DNA from: Nanobdellota archaeon
GTDB taxonomy: Archaea > Nanobdellota > Nanobdellia > Pacearchaeales > GW2011-AR1
Length of the DNA stretch: 64,000 nt
NCBI GenBank assembly: GCA_030647125.1
Contig: JAUSKC010000017.1
Location: 12,664-76,663 of the forward strand
Reading direction: 5' to 3'
This document shows, piece by piece, positions 35,872-44,600 of the stretch. The notes beneath the pieces were generated by a model. It saw only the letters and a list, made by a program, of their open reading frames with translations, was not told the origin of the DNA and did not search any database. The stretch's first letter is position 1. Every line of letters starts with the position of its first letter. A program made the translations under genes and the position numbers.

Positions 35872-36606
35872 ATGAAAAAACCATATGTAAAAAAATACGG
35901 CGAAGTGGCTGGTTTTTCTGTATGGATTATCGATGGAGAATATATCCGGGAAAATATAGATGAAGAATTCACAAATTTCGGACAGCATTTCAGATTCAGG
36001 TTTGTTCCAAAAAATGAGTTCTGGATTGATAAAACACGAAGAGGTGGAGAAGAACAATTTTACATTGATCATATGATAGCGGAGAACCGCATGATGGCTG
36101 AAGGCAAGGATTATTATTACGCTCTTAAAATGGCTGACAAAATAGAAAAAAGAGAACGCTCTACAGTTCGGCTTATAAAAAATTTAAAGAAATCACACAA
36201 AGAAAATGTAATAAAAAGAATTCATAAAAAACTTCTTAAAAAATACAGCAATAAGATAAATGTGTGGATTGTAAATGGGGACCTCGTACGTTCAATGTTT
36301 TTTATAGATTTTACCGAAGGCGGCCATGATATGGTATACAGTTTTATTCCAAAAAACGAGATATGGTTGGACGACGATCTGTCTGAAAAAGAAATGAAAT
36401 TTATCTTACTACATGAAATGCACGAAAGAAATTTGATGGCGCACGGATGGCCTTATGATTTAAAGTCACCAATTCGAGTTAAAAATAACAAGCCCGGCAA
36501 GATAACAAAATCCGCTCACAGGTCAGCAAGTGAAATTGAACATTTTGCAAGAGTTCATCCTGGAACAGTTGATAAATTCTTAAGAAAAGAAATGAAGAAA
36601 GAGTAA
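35872..36606 (+). CDS. internally duplicated protein with HxxxE / HEMHE motif (possible metal-dependent hydrolase), uncharacterised
   Basis: There are two repeats of roughly 110 aa:
- VWIIDGEYIR...FGQH...FVPKNEFWID...FYIDHMIAENRMM
- VWIVNGDLVR...GGHD...FIPKNEIWLD...FILLHEMHERNLM. Confidence 0.5.
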   Translation: MKKPYVKKYGEVAGFSVWIIDGEYIRENIDEEFTNFGQHFRFRFVPKNEFWIDKTRRGGEEQFYIDHMIAENRMMAEGKDYYYALKMADKIEKRERSTVRLIKNLKKSHKENVIKRIHKKLLKKYSNKINVWIVNGDLVRSMFFIDFTEGGHDMVYSFIPKNEIWLDDDLSEKEMKFILLHEMHERNLMAHGWPYDLKSPIRVKNNKPGKITKSAHRSASEIEHFARVHPGTVDKFLRKEMKKE

Positions 36607-36642
36607 CGAAATCAATAAATAGTTAGACGAACTCGGATTTTT

Positions 36643-37347
36643 ATGATAAAAGGGCTGCAGAAATTAACTTTGATTGATTATCCTGGAAAATTGGCGTGCA
36701 CGATCTTTCTTTATGGATGCAATTTCAGATGTGGGTTTTGCCACAATCCTGAGCTAGTTATTTCACCAACAGAAGAAAAATATTCTGAAGAAGAAATTTT
36801 AAAATTTTTGGAAAAAAGAAAAGCACAACTTAATGGAGTTTGTTTTACTGGAGGAGAACCGTTATTGAGTTTGAAGAAAGAGTTTGTAAAGAAAGTAAAA
36901 GAACTTGGTTATGCAATTAAAATTGACACCAACGGAAGCAATCCTGAAAAACTTAAAGAATTAATTAATGAAAATTTAATTGATTATATTGCTATGGATC
37001 TTAAGTCGTCCCCTGAAAAATACGTTGAAGTTGTGAACGCGCAAGTTTCTCTAGAAAAACTTGAAGAAACAATAAAGATTATGGTTTCCTACGGCGGCGA
37101 GTATGAATTCAGAACGACAATTTTGAAAAGGTATCATTCGGAGGAGGAATTAGAAAAAATGTTTAAATGGATCTTAGGATTAACATATGGAGTTAAACCA
37201 AAAAGATATTTTTTGCAAGGTTTTGTCAATAAAGGGAAATTGCTGGACAAGAGTTTTAAAAGCGAACCAGATGTTTATGAGGATTATTTAGGGGGATTAA
37301 AAAAAGTTGCGTATAATTATTTTGAAGAAGTTGGAGTTAGGGTTTGA
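36643..37347 (+). CDS. nrdG: anaerobic RNR activating protein (radical SAM)
   Basis: YPGKLACTIFLYGCNFRCGFCHNPELV carries the CxxxCxxC cluster motif in NrdG-type context, and also GVCFTGGEPLL. Confidence 0.85.
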   Translation: MIKGLQKLTLIDYPGKLACTIFLYGCNFRCGFCHNPELVISPTEEKYSEEEILKFLEKRKAQLNGVCFTGGEPLLSLKKEFVKKVKELGYAIKIDTNGSNPEKLKELINENLIDYIAMDLKSSPEKYVEVVNAQVSLEKLEETIKIMVSYGGEYEFRTTILKRYHSEEELEKMFKWILGLTYGVKPKRYFLQGFVNKGKLLDKSFKSEPDVYEDYLGGLKKVAYNYFEEVGVRV

Positions 37348-37761
37348 ATGAAAATCAAAATAAAAAAATTAAATGAAGAAGCCGTTATCCCAAAATATTC
37401 CAAACATGGCGATGCTGCTATGGATGTTGTCGCTGTTTCAAAAAATGTTACAGAAAAATTTATTGAATATGGAACAGGATTGAGTTTTGAAGTTCCTGAA
37501 AATTATGTTATGTTGATTTTTCCTAGAAGCAGTGTTTCTAACAAAACTTTAAGCCAATGTAATTCCGTCGGTGTTCTTGACTCTGGATATAGGGGAGAAT
37601 TAAAAATTAGATTTTATAAAATTGGAAGTGAAGAATATGAAATCGGAGAAAGAGTTGCACAAATAATGGTTTTACCAAGGCCAGAAGTTGAATTTCAAGA
37701 GGTTGCCGAACTTTCGCCTACGGAAAGGGGTGATGGCGGATTTGGACATACTGGGAAATAG
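37348..37761 (+). CDS. dut: dUTP diphosphatase (trimeric dUTPase)
   Basis: IPKYSKHGDAAMDV, VLDSGYRGEL and a C-terminal RGDGGFGHTG motif. It starts directly after the nrdG stop. Confidence 0.85.
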   Translation: MKIKIKKLNEEAVIPKYSKHGDAAMDVVAVSKNVTEKFIEYGTGLSFEVPENYVMLIFPRSSVSNKTLSQCNSVGVLDSGYRGELKIRFYKIGSEEYEIGERVAQIMVLPRPEVEFQEVAELSPTERGDGGFGHTGK

Positions 37762-37808
37762 CTTTTTTGGAACAGGAATATTTTAAAACAGATTTTCTAT
37801 ATAATTTT

Positions 37809-38402
37809 ATGGCATATCTGCCGGATTTTATGATAAAAAGAGAAGTAAAAGAAGGGAGGATTATTATTGACCCTTATAATGAGAATGATGTTGGCCAAAA
37901 TTCTGTTGACATGCATCTAGGCCCTTTCTTGAAAACTTATAGAGATCACGCCCTTGATGTAAGAAAAGACCCTGAATCAATTAATTTTATTATTCCAGAA
38001 GAAGGATTAGAACTTCATCCGGGAAGACTTTACCTTGGCTCGACTTGGCAAAGAGCGGGCTCTGATTTTTATGTTCCTTCAATTGATGGTACAAGTACTG
38101 TTGGAAGATATGGGATTGTAGTTCATCAAACTGCTTCAAAAGGAAGTGTTGGTTTCAAGGCGAATTGGACTCTTGAAATAAGTGTCCAACAACCAATAAC
38201 AATATACGCTGGTATGAAGATTGCACAAGTATATTTTGAACAAATTCTTAGCCAGCCAGAAAATCTTTATGAAGGGGATTATGCAAATCAGACCGCAGAA
38301 CCACCAGTTCCAAAAAACCTTATGAGGCCAGGCAAGTTCCTTCCTTACAAGACATTTGCGGAAGTAATTGAAAAAAGCAAGAAGGTTAGAAAAATTGCTT
38401 GA
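37809..38402 (+). CDS. dcd: dCTP deaminase family protein
   Basis: LPDFMIKREVKEGRIIIDPY...SVDMHLG...VGRYGIVVH pattern. The start is set at ATG 37809 (MAYLPDF). The track begins at TTG 37767. Confidence 0.75.
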   Translation: MAYLPDFMIKREVKEGRIIIDPYNENDVGQNSVDMHLGPFLKTYRDHALDVRKDPESINFIIPEEGLELHPGRLYLGSTWQRAGSDFYVPSIDGTSTVGRYGIVVHQTASKGSVGFKANWTLEISVQQPITIYAGMKIAQVYFEQILSQPENLYEGDYANQTAEPPVPKNLMRPGKFLPYKTFAEVIEKSKKVRKIA

Positions 38403-38413
38403 TTCAAGAAAAA

Positions 38414-40048
38414 TTAATTTTTTAAAAAACTAAAATCAATTGGCTTGTCTTGTTTATATTCTATTTGTATTCCCGCTTTTCTTAATTGTCTAACGGTATC
38501 GGCTTTTTGCAATTCGGCACCGAGATAAGACATATGAAGCCAGTCACCAACTCTTTTTTCAGCTAGCCATCTTTGTGCTTGTCTTACTGATGAAAAAGTT
38601 TCTGATTCTAAAACAGCGCTGCTTGTTGGATGAAGGTGCTCAATATAAAAATTATTCTCTTGATTAATCGAAATTGAATAATTCCCCCTAGGATCTTGAT
38701 TTAATTTACTCGCTTGATGTAGCGTATAAGTTCTATTATCTATCAAAGGAAATTCTTCTAAAGTTTTTTTAGCATTCTCTAATTGACCTCCATAAAAATG
38801 GGCAGAGCCGGAAATTGTGCTGACTGAACCCAATTCTAAAGAAAGTCCTCTTTGTTCAAAATTTGGCTGAACTCTTTCAAGAACAAGTTTTTGCAATTCT
38901 CTTATTCCTAAAATATTTGCAGGCCAGCCCTCGAACATATCATGAGTCGCAAAATAATTAATAACATGTAATTTAAAACTATCATCTGAATCGGGGCTTA
39001 TAGCCATAAAATGGGCTCCTCTTAAGCAAGGGGTCTCTGGAGCATTCATATGTCGTGCCACATTGTAGGAGGTTGCAAAGGCCTTTCCGGTATGCTCGCC
39101 GCCTTTTTTGGATAATTTTTTCACAGCATAATCAATTTGATTTATTACTTGTCCATCAGCGCGATGAGCAAATAGCTCTTCACCATAACAATAAGCGGAA
39201 CCTTCCAAAGGGTCGCCGTGAGTAAATTGATGAACATATTTTGCAACGGACTTTTCAAATTCAGGAATTCGCCCAAAAATTTCAGGTTTAACCAAAGTTT
39301 TGTAGTCCTCATTTCCTGTAACAATTGCAAAAGTTCCTACAGTATCTTTTTTTGAGTCCTCTCCTTCCAAAATTTTTACTTTTCCAAACCGGATTATATT
39401 ATCTAAAATGTCCAACCAGACCTCTTCAACAGTCACTCCGCGGATCATATATCCCATGTCTTCAGAAGGAAATGTCTCAGCAGTTTCTTTTCCAAGAGGA
39501 TATCTCATTCCAAAGTCCCTCCAAGGATCTTTAGAAAGTGAATGTGAAATCTCCCTTATTGCTGTTGCGGCGCTTTCATAGTCACCTTCGCGAACATTTT
39601 CTCTTAAATCGTGCACTTTAATATTTTTTCTAAGGGCGTCAAACTCTTGCAAAGGGATTTCTTCAGGCAGAATCAAGACCTTTTTATCTATTCCTTTTAT
39701 AGTATAGTCATCGTTAAACCCGTTGTTAAAAAAATTATTTAACATTGATCCTGTATTTGTCGGGTCTCTTCCCCAAGTTACTAATCTTCTTATATTTGGA
39801 TTTGCAAGAAGTTCTCGCAAAATTAAATTAACACCTCTAGGAGAAAAACACTGGCCTATTGCAGAATATTGTGAAACGTCAAGACGTTTTGCTAAGGGCT
39901 GCCTTTCAGTCCATAAAGTTGTTATTGCAAGAGGAGAATCAACATTTCCAACACTAACTTCATTTCTATGATAAACAGGCCAAACGGAAACAAGCTCGTC
40001 CAAAGATAATTTTTCTGGATTTGGAATATCAAACTCTTTTTCAGACAT
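38414..40048 (-). CDS. ThyA-like (thymidylate synthase fold) domain flanked by an MtrA-like N-domain and a DUF4346-like C-terminal segment
   Basis: - N-terminal part: VGNVDSPLAITTLW...LANPNIRRLVTWGRD, which is MtrA-like as I recall that family.
- Middle part: YCYGEELF...INQIDYAVKKL...ETPCLRGAHF...THDMFEGWPANI, which parallels the ThyA YGxxl / dQi / PCl / RSxDxxxGxPxN motifs.
- C-terminal part: HMSYLGAELQKAD...YKQDKP. Confidence 0.5.
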   Translation of the reverse strand: MSEKEFDIPNPEKLSLDELVSVWPVYHRNEVSVGNVDSPLAITTLWTERQPLAKRLDVSQYSAIGQCFSPRGVNLILRELLANPNIRRLVTWGRDPTNTGSMLNNFFNNGFNDDYTIKGIDKKVLILPEEIPLQEFDALRKNIKVHDLRENVREGDYESAATAIREISHSLSKDPWRDFGMRYPLGKETAETFPSEDMGYMIRGVTVEEVWLDILDNIIRFGKVKILEGEDSKKDTVGTFAIVTGNEDYKTLVKPEIFGRIPEFEKSVAKYVHQFTHGDPLEGSAYCYGEELFAHRADGQVINQIDYAVKKLSKKGGEHTGKAFATSYNVARHMNAPETPCLRGAHFMAISPDSDDSFKLHVINYFATHDMFEGWPANILGIRELQKLVLERVQPNFEQRGLSLELGSVSTISGSAHFYGGQLENAKKTLEEFPLIDNRTYTLHQASKLNQDPRGNYSISINQENNFYIEHLHPTSSAVLESETFSSVRQAQRWLAEKRVGDWLHMSYLGAELQKADTVRQLRKAGIQIEYKQDKPIDFSFLKN

Positions 40049-40105
40049 AAGATTTTTTTGGGATTATTATTTTTAAATATAATTATCCTGCAATTGCATG
40101 ATAAA

Positions 40106-40552
40106 CTAACTTTTTCTGTAAACAGAAGAAACTAGTTCATTAATTCCACTCATTACTTTTAGAGCTGCTTCGTAGTCCTTAGGATGAATTGTTGTTAGTG
40201 TTGCTCTGCCCGCTATTACATCTTGGGGATAATCTGTTTTTTCATCATAGTCTACATCTTCCTTAAGATGTAATTTAAACTCATGGGAATTTTTTAAAAT
40301 CTTATCATATCCAATAAGTTGTAACCCCATAACTCCCACTTTAGATTTTATTTCGCTCCAAAGTTTTAAAGGAATCTCTGATTCTCCCCCCCTAGAATTG
40401 TAAATAATAACAGAATCAGTAGGATCAAAACAAAAACCTTCACTACGCAATAACTTAGTTAATTTATCAACAGGAACTTTTGATAATGTTAAATAATCCA
40501 TATTCTGGCCATTGAATTCAGTTATTAATTTTATTTCCTCTTCGAATTTCAT
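40106..40552 (-). CDS. hypothetical protein
   Basis: 148-aa ORF. No motif recognised. Confidence 0.4.
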   Translation of the reverse strand: MKFEEEIKLITEFNGQNMDYLTLSKVPVDKLTKLLRSEGFCFDPTDSVIIYNSRGGESEIPLKLWSEIKSKVGVMGLQLIGYDKILKNSHEFKLHLKEDVDYDEKTDYPQDVIAGRATLTTIHPKDYEAALKVMSGINELVSSVYRKS

Positions 40553-40673
40553 ATTTGTCTTTGCTTATGATTATTTAAAAGGATTTAGATTGGATGATTA
40601 TACTTTTACAAGATATACATCTACGTTTTCAAAATCTTTATAAACATGGTAGTGATGAAAAATAACATGAAGG

Positions 40674-41015
40674 ATGGTTTGGAAAATGCTACAGCAAGAA
40701 CTTGTACCGGAGTTGACGAACGGGGAATTTGAAAAGTTTATTCATGGTAACTTTGTCGTCGTAAGTTTCTTTAAGGACTGGTGTATGAATTGCTTAGTGA
40801 TGGATCCTATTGTTGAAGAAATAAGCGAGAAATTTTACGGAAAAATAAAATTTGCAAAAATTAATGTTGAAGACAACAAAGAAGCCGCAAAGAAATTTGG
40901 AGTTAATTCAACTCCGTGCTTCGCCATATTCAAGGACGGAAGCTTTTATGGGAAATTCTCAGGAACTTCATGCACTGAAGAATTTGAAGATAAGATAAAA
41001 GAGTTTTTGATATAA
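40674..41015 (+). CDS. thioredoxin-fold protein with atypical WCMNC active site
   Basis: VVVSFFKDWCMNCLVMDP...STPCFAIFKDG shows the thioredoxin layout with CxxC = CMNC. Confidence 0.7.
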   Translation: MVWKMLQQELVPELTNGEFEKFIHGNFVVVSFFKDWCMNCLVMDPIVEEISEKFYGKIKFAKINVEDNKEAAKKFGVNSTPCFAIFKDGSFYGKFSGTSCTEEFEDKIKEFLI

Positions 41016-41024
41016 TTTAAAATT

Positions 41025-41043
41025 ATGACCCCGAAGGGATTTG
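41025..41043 (-). repeat. 19-nt exact copy of the 3' end of tRNA-Lys followed by degenerate T-arm-like sequence (tRNA 3' fragment)
   Basis: atgaccccgaagggatttg occurs at 41025-41043 and at 41120-41138. The first copy continues ggcctc..., which gives only a degenerate T arm (gaggcccaaatccctt on the minus strand). Confidence 0.75.
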
Positions 41044-41120
41044 GGCCTCACATTCGCTCGACCTACAAAAATTTGAAGCAAATTTTCATAAACCCAAGGA
41101 TTCAAATCCAAATAACAAAA

Positions 41121-41195
41121 TGACCCCGAAGGGATTTGAACCCTCGACACCTGGATTAAAAGTCCAGTGCTCTAACCAGACTGAGCTACGGAGCC
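41121..41195 (-). tRNA. tRNA-Lys (anticodon UUU)
   Basis: Hand fold of the reverse complement:
- Acceptor ggctccg/cggggtc (two G-U pairs).
- D arm gctc-agtctggtta-gagc.
- Anticodon arm ctgga-ctTTTaa-tccag.
- T arm gaggg-ttcaaat-ccctt, discriminator a. Confidence 0.85.
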
Positions 41196-41478
41196 ATAAT
41201 TGAGTTAGAAATTTTTAGTTTAAAAAATCTTTCTTTATGAAAATCATACAAATCCTTAAATAAACCCTAATTTTGTATAAGAAAGGCATAAAACTACCTC
41301 TAAAATCTTCAGAACAACAAAATATATAAAGTTCTGGCATCTTTATACTTAATCTGCGCTACCTTCTTGAAAACCCAAACATTTTTAAACCGACTTTCGC
41401 AATATTTTATTATTCAATAGTTGTTAAAGATATTACGGCCCTGTTGCAACTATTTTAACTAAATTCCAACCAAAAAAG

Positions 41479-41685
41479 ATGCACATTCTTCAACCAAAAC
41501 ACACGAAACTTAACGAAAAAGACGCTCAAGTTTTGCTTGACAAATTAAATGTTTCTAAATCACAACTTCCAAAAATTCTTTCTAGTGATACTGCTCTTCC
41601 CGAGGGATGTGAAGTTGGGGACATAATTAAAATTGAAAGAAAAGAAAAAGAAAATACTATTCTTTTCCATAGGGTTGTCGTATAA
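41479..41685 (+). CDS. rpoH: DNA-directed RNA polymerase subunit H (Rpb5 C-domain)
   Basis: HILQPKHTKLNEKDAQVLLDKLNVSKSQLPKI...GDIIKIERKE...HRVVV. Confidence 0.85.
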   Translation: MHILQPKHTKLNEKDAQVLLDKLNVSKSQLPKILSSDTALPEGCEVGDIIKIERKEKENTILFHRVVV

Positions 41686-44600
41686 TGTCCAGAAAAAATG
41701 ACCATATAATTGTAAAAAGATATTTGGAAGATCATTCATTAGTTGAGTCAAACATAATTTCTTTTAATCATTTTATAGAAAAAAGAATGCAGGAAATTGT
41801 GAATGATATTAACGAAAATATTGAAAGTGACGAATTTGAGATTCAGCTCGGAAAAATTGAAGTTGGAAAACCACAAATTATAGAAGCGGATGGAAGTTCC
41901 TCGCTGATAACTCCGAATGACGCGCGACTTAGAAATTTAACTTATTCAGCGCCTATAACCATGGAAATGACGGTTAAAAAAGATGATCAAGTTGATTCTC
42001 AAACCGTCGAAATTGGAAGAATTCCTGTAATGGTTAAGAGCAAAGCGTGCAATACTTATGGAATGAATGAAGAAAAATTGATTGAAAATTTTATAGATCC
42101 TAAAGATCCGGGGGGATATTTTATTGTCAATGGAAATGAAAGAGTCATGGTTATGGCTGAAGACCTCGCGGAAAACCAGCCGTTCATAGAAAATAATAAT
42201 AAAGGGGAATTAAAATTAAGGATGTTTTCTCTCAGGGGAACTTACAGAATTCCAGTAACAATTTCAGAAAGCAAAGAAGGAATTTTTGAAACAACATTTT
42301 CAAGATTTAGAGATATCCCTGCAGTCATACTTTTGAAAACATTAGGAATGACAAAAGAATCAGACATTGCAAAATACATCGGAAAAGAAACCGACAGTGT
42401 TATTGTAAATTTGTATGAATTTGCAAACATACAAAATGTCGAAGACGCGATGATGTACATTGCTGAAAAGACCGCGCTGCAAGGAACAAAAAAAGAAATC
42501 TTGGACAGAGTTAAGCAAAGAATTGATTCGTATCTTTTCCCTCACATTGGGACTAAGAAAGAAGACAGGCCGAAAAAAGCAATTACTTTATGCAAATTGA
42601 TAAAACAATTTTTAATTGCAAAAGAAAATCCAAAAATAAGAACTGATAAAGACCATTATGCGAATAAAAGAGTCCGATTAAGCGGCGATCTTTTAGCAAG
42701 TTTGTTCAGAGTCAATCTTGGAATTTTGTTAAGGGACGTTCAGTACTCATTGCAAAAATCTTCGAAGAGAAAAAAATTCTACTCTATAAAAACAATCGCT
42801 AAGTCGACGCTGTTTTCACACAGAGTTGAATCAGCAATAGCAACTGGAAGCTGGACAGGAGAACGTTCTGGGGTTACACAAAATATGGACAAGACAAATT
42901 ATTTAGCTACGATTTCGCAGCTGCAGAGAGTTGCATCTATGCTTGCTTCTGATCAGGAAAATTTCATGGCAAGAACTTTGCACCCAACGCATTACGGTCG
43001 TTTTTGCCCTATTGAAACGCCTGAAGGAACTGAAATTGGTTTGAGAAAAAATCTGGCAATTTTGGCGAGAGTATCTACAAGAATTGATCTTGAAGAAGAG
43101 AAGTTTTCAAAAGAAGCTGAAAAAATCGGCTTAGACAGAGAAGGTATTGAAGGGATGGAAGTTTTCTTCAACGGAAGGTACATTGGAAACGTCAAGGACT
43201 CAGAAAATTTTGTCAGAACCATAAGAGAAAAAAGAAGAGCAAGTGAACTCCCAGTAGAATTAAGCATAAGAAATGATGCGAGCTTGAATGTTATTAATAT
43301 ATCCACGGAGCCGGGAAGGGTCTTAAGACCCTTAATAATTATTGAAAACGAAAAATCAAAATTAAAACCGGAGCACATGGTAAGACTTGAACAAAAAGAA
43401 ATGAGATGGATTGATTTAATAAAAGAAGGCGTTATAGAATATATCGACGCTGCTGAAGAAGAGAATGCTTTAGTTGCTTTATTTGAAAAAGAAATTGGAG
43501 AGAAAAACACCCATTTAGAAGTTGATCCAATGGATTTATTCGGGGTCATAACCTCATTAGTTCCTTACGGAAATCATGACCAGTCATCTAGACTGAACAG
43601 AGGTTCTAAGACGCAGAAACAATCTCTTGGAATTTATGCTGCGAACTATCATGCGCGACTTGACACAGATGTCAGCATATTACAATACCCGCAAAAACCA
43701 ATCGTAAGAAGTTTCATGTACGATACTTTGGAGACATATCCTGCAGGGCAAAATCTTGTTGTTGCTATAATGCCTTATGAAGGTTACAATATGGAAGACG
43801 CTTTGATATTCAATAAAGGAAGTGTTGATAGAGGAGTTGGAAGAAGTTTTTATTATCGTCCGTACTCTTCAGTTGAGATGAATTATGCGGGTGGATTGAA
43901 GGATCAAATTTTAATCCCAGACAAAGATACTTCTGGCTACAAAACTGAAGCAAGTTATAGATATCTTGAAAACGACGGAATTGTTTCCCCTGAAGCCGAA
44001 GTCGGCGAAGGAGAAGTTTTAATTGGAAAAGTCTCGCCGCCAAAATTCCTGTCTGAAGCTAGAGAAATCGCTGTACGAACGAATAAAGAATCTTCAGTCA
44101 CAATGAGGCAAGAAGAACAAGGAATTGTCGATGCTGTTTTCATAACTGAAGACGATGAAGGAAATAAAATTATTCAGATTAAAACACGAGATCAAAGAAT
44201 TCCTGAACTTGGAGATAAATTCGCAACCGCTCACGGACAGAAAGGGGTTATAGGTGCAATAATTGCTGAAGAAAACATGCCTTTCACTTCTCGAGGAATA
44301 AAGCCGGACGTAATGTTTAATCCTCATGGTTTGCCGTCAAGAATGACTGTCGGATACTTATTGGAATTACTTGCCGGAAAAGTTGGATGTTTAAGAGGAG
44401 AAGTTGTCGACGGAACTTCATTCTCCGGAGAAAGCAAGAAAGAATTGGAAGAAGGATTGAAAGAAATGGGATTCAGATACGATGGCAAAGAAACAATGTA
44501 TAACGGAGTTACCGGAAAAAGAATGGATGCAAAGATCTTCATCGGAAATTTGTACTACCTTAAGTTGAAATATATGGTTGGAAATAAAATTCACGGCCGT

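Noticed and set aside
41196-41478. The 283-nt gap upstream of rpoH could hold an ncRNA. It contains the inverted repeat aatagttg-N23-caactatt near 41418-41456.
   Set aside because: It has no recognisable RNA family features (very AT-rich, no conserved boxes). It is more simply the promoter or operator region of the RNAP operon. This cannot be tested without comparative data.
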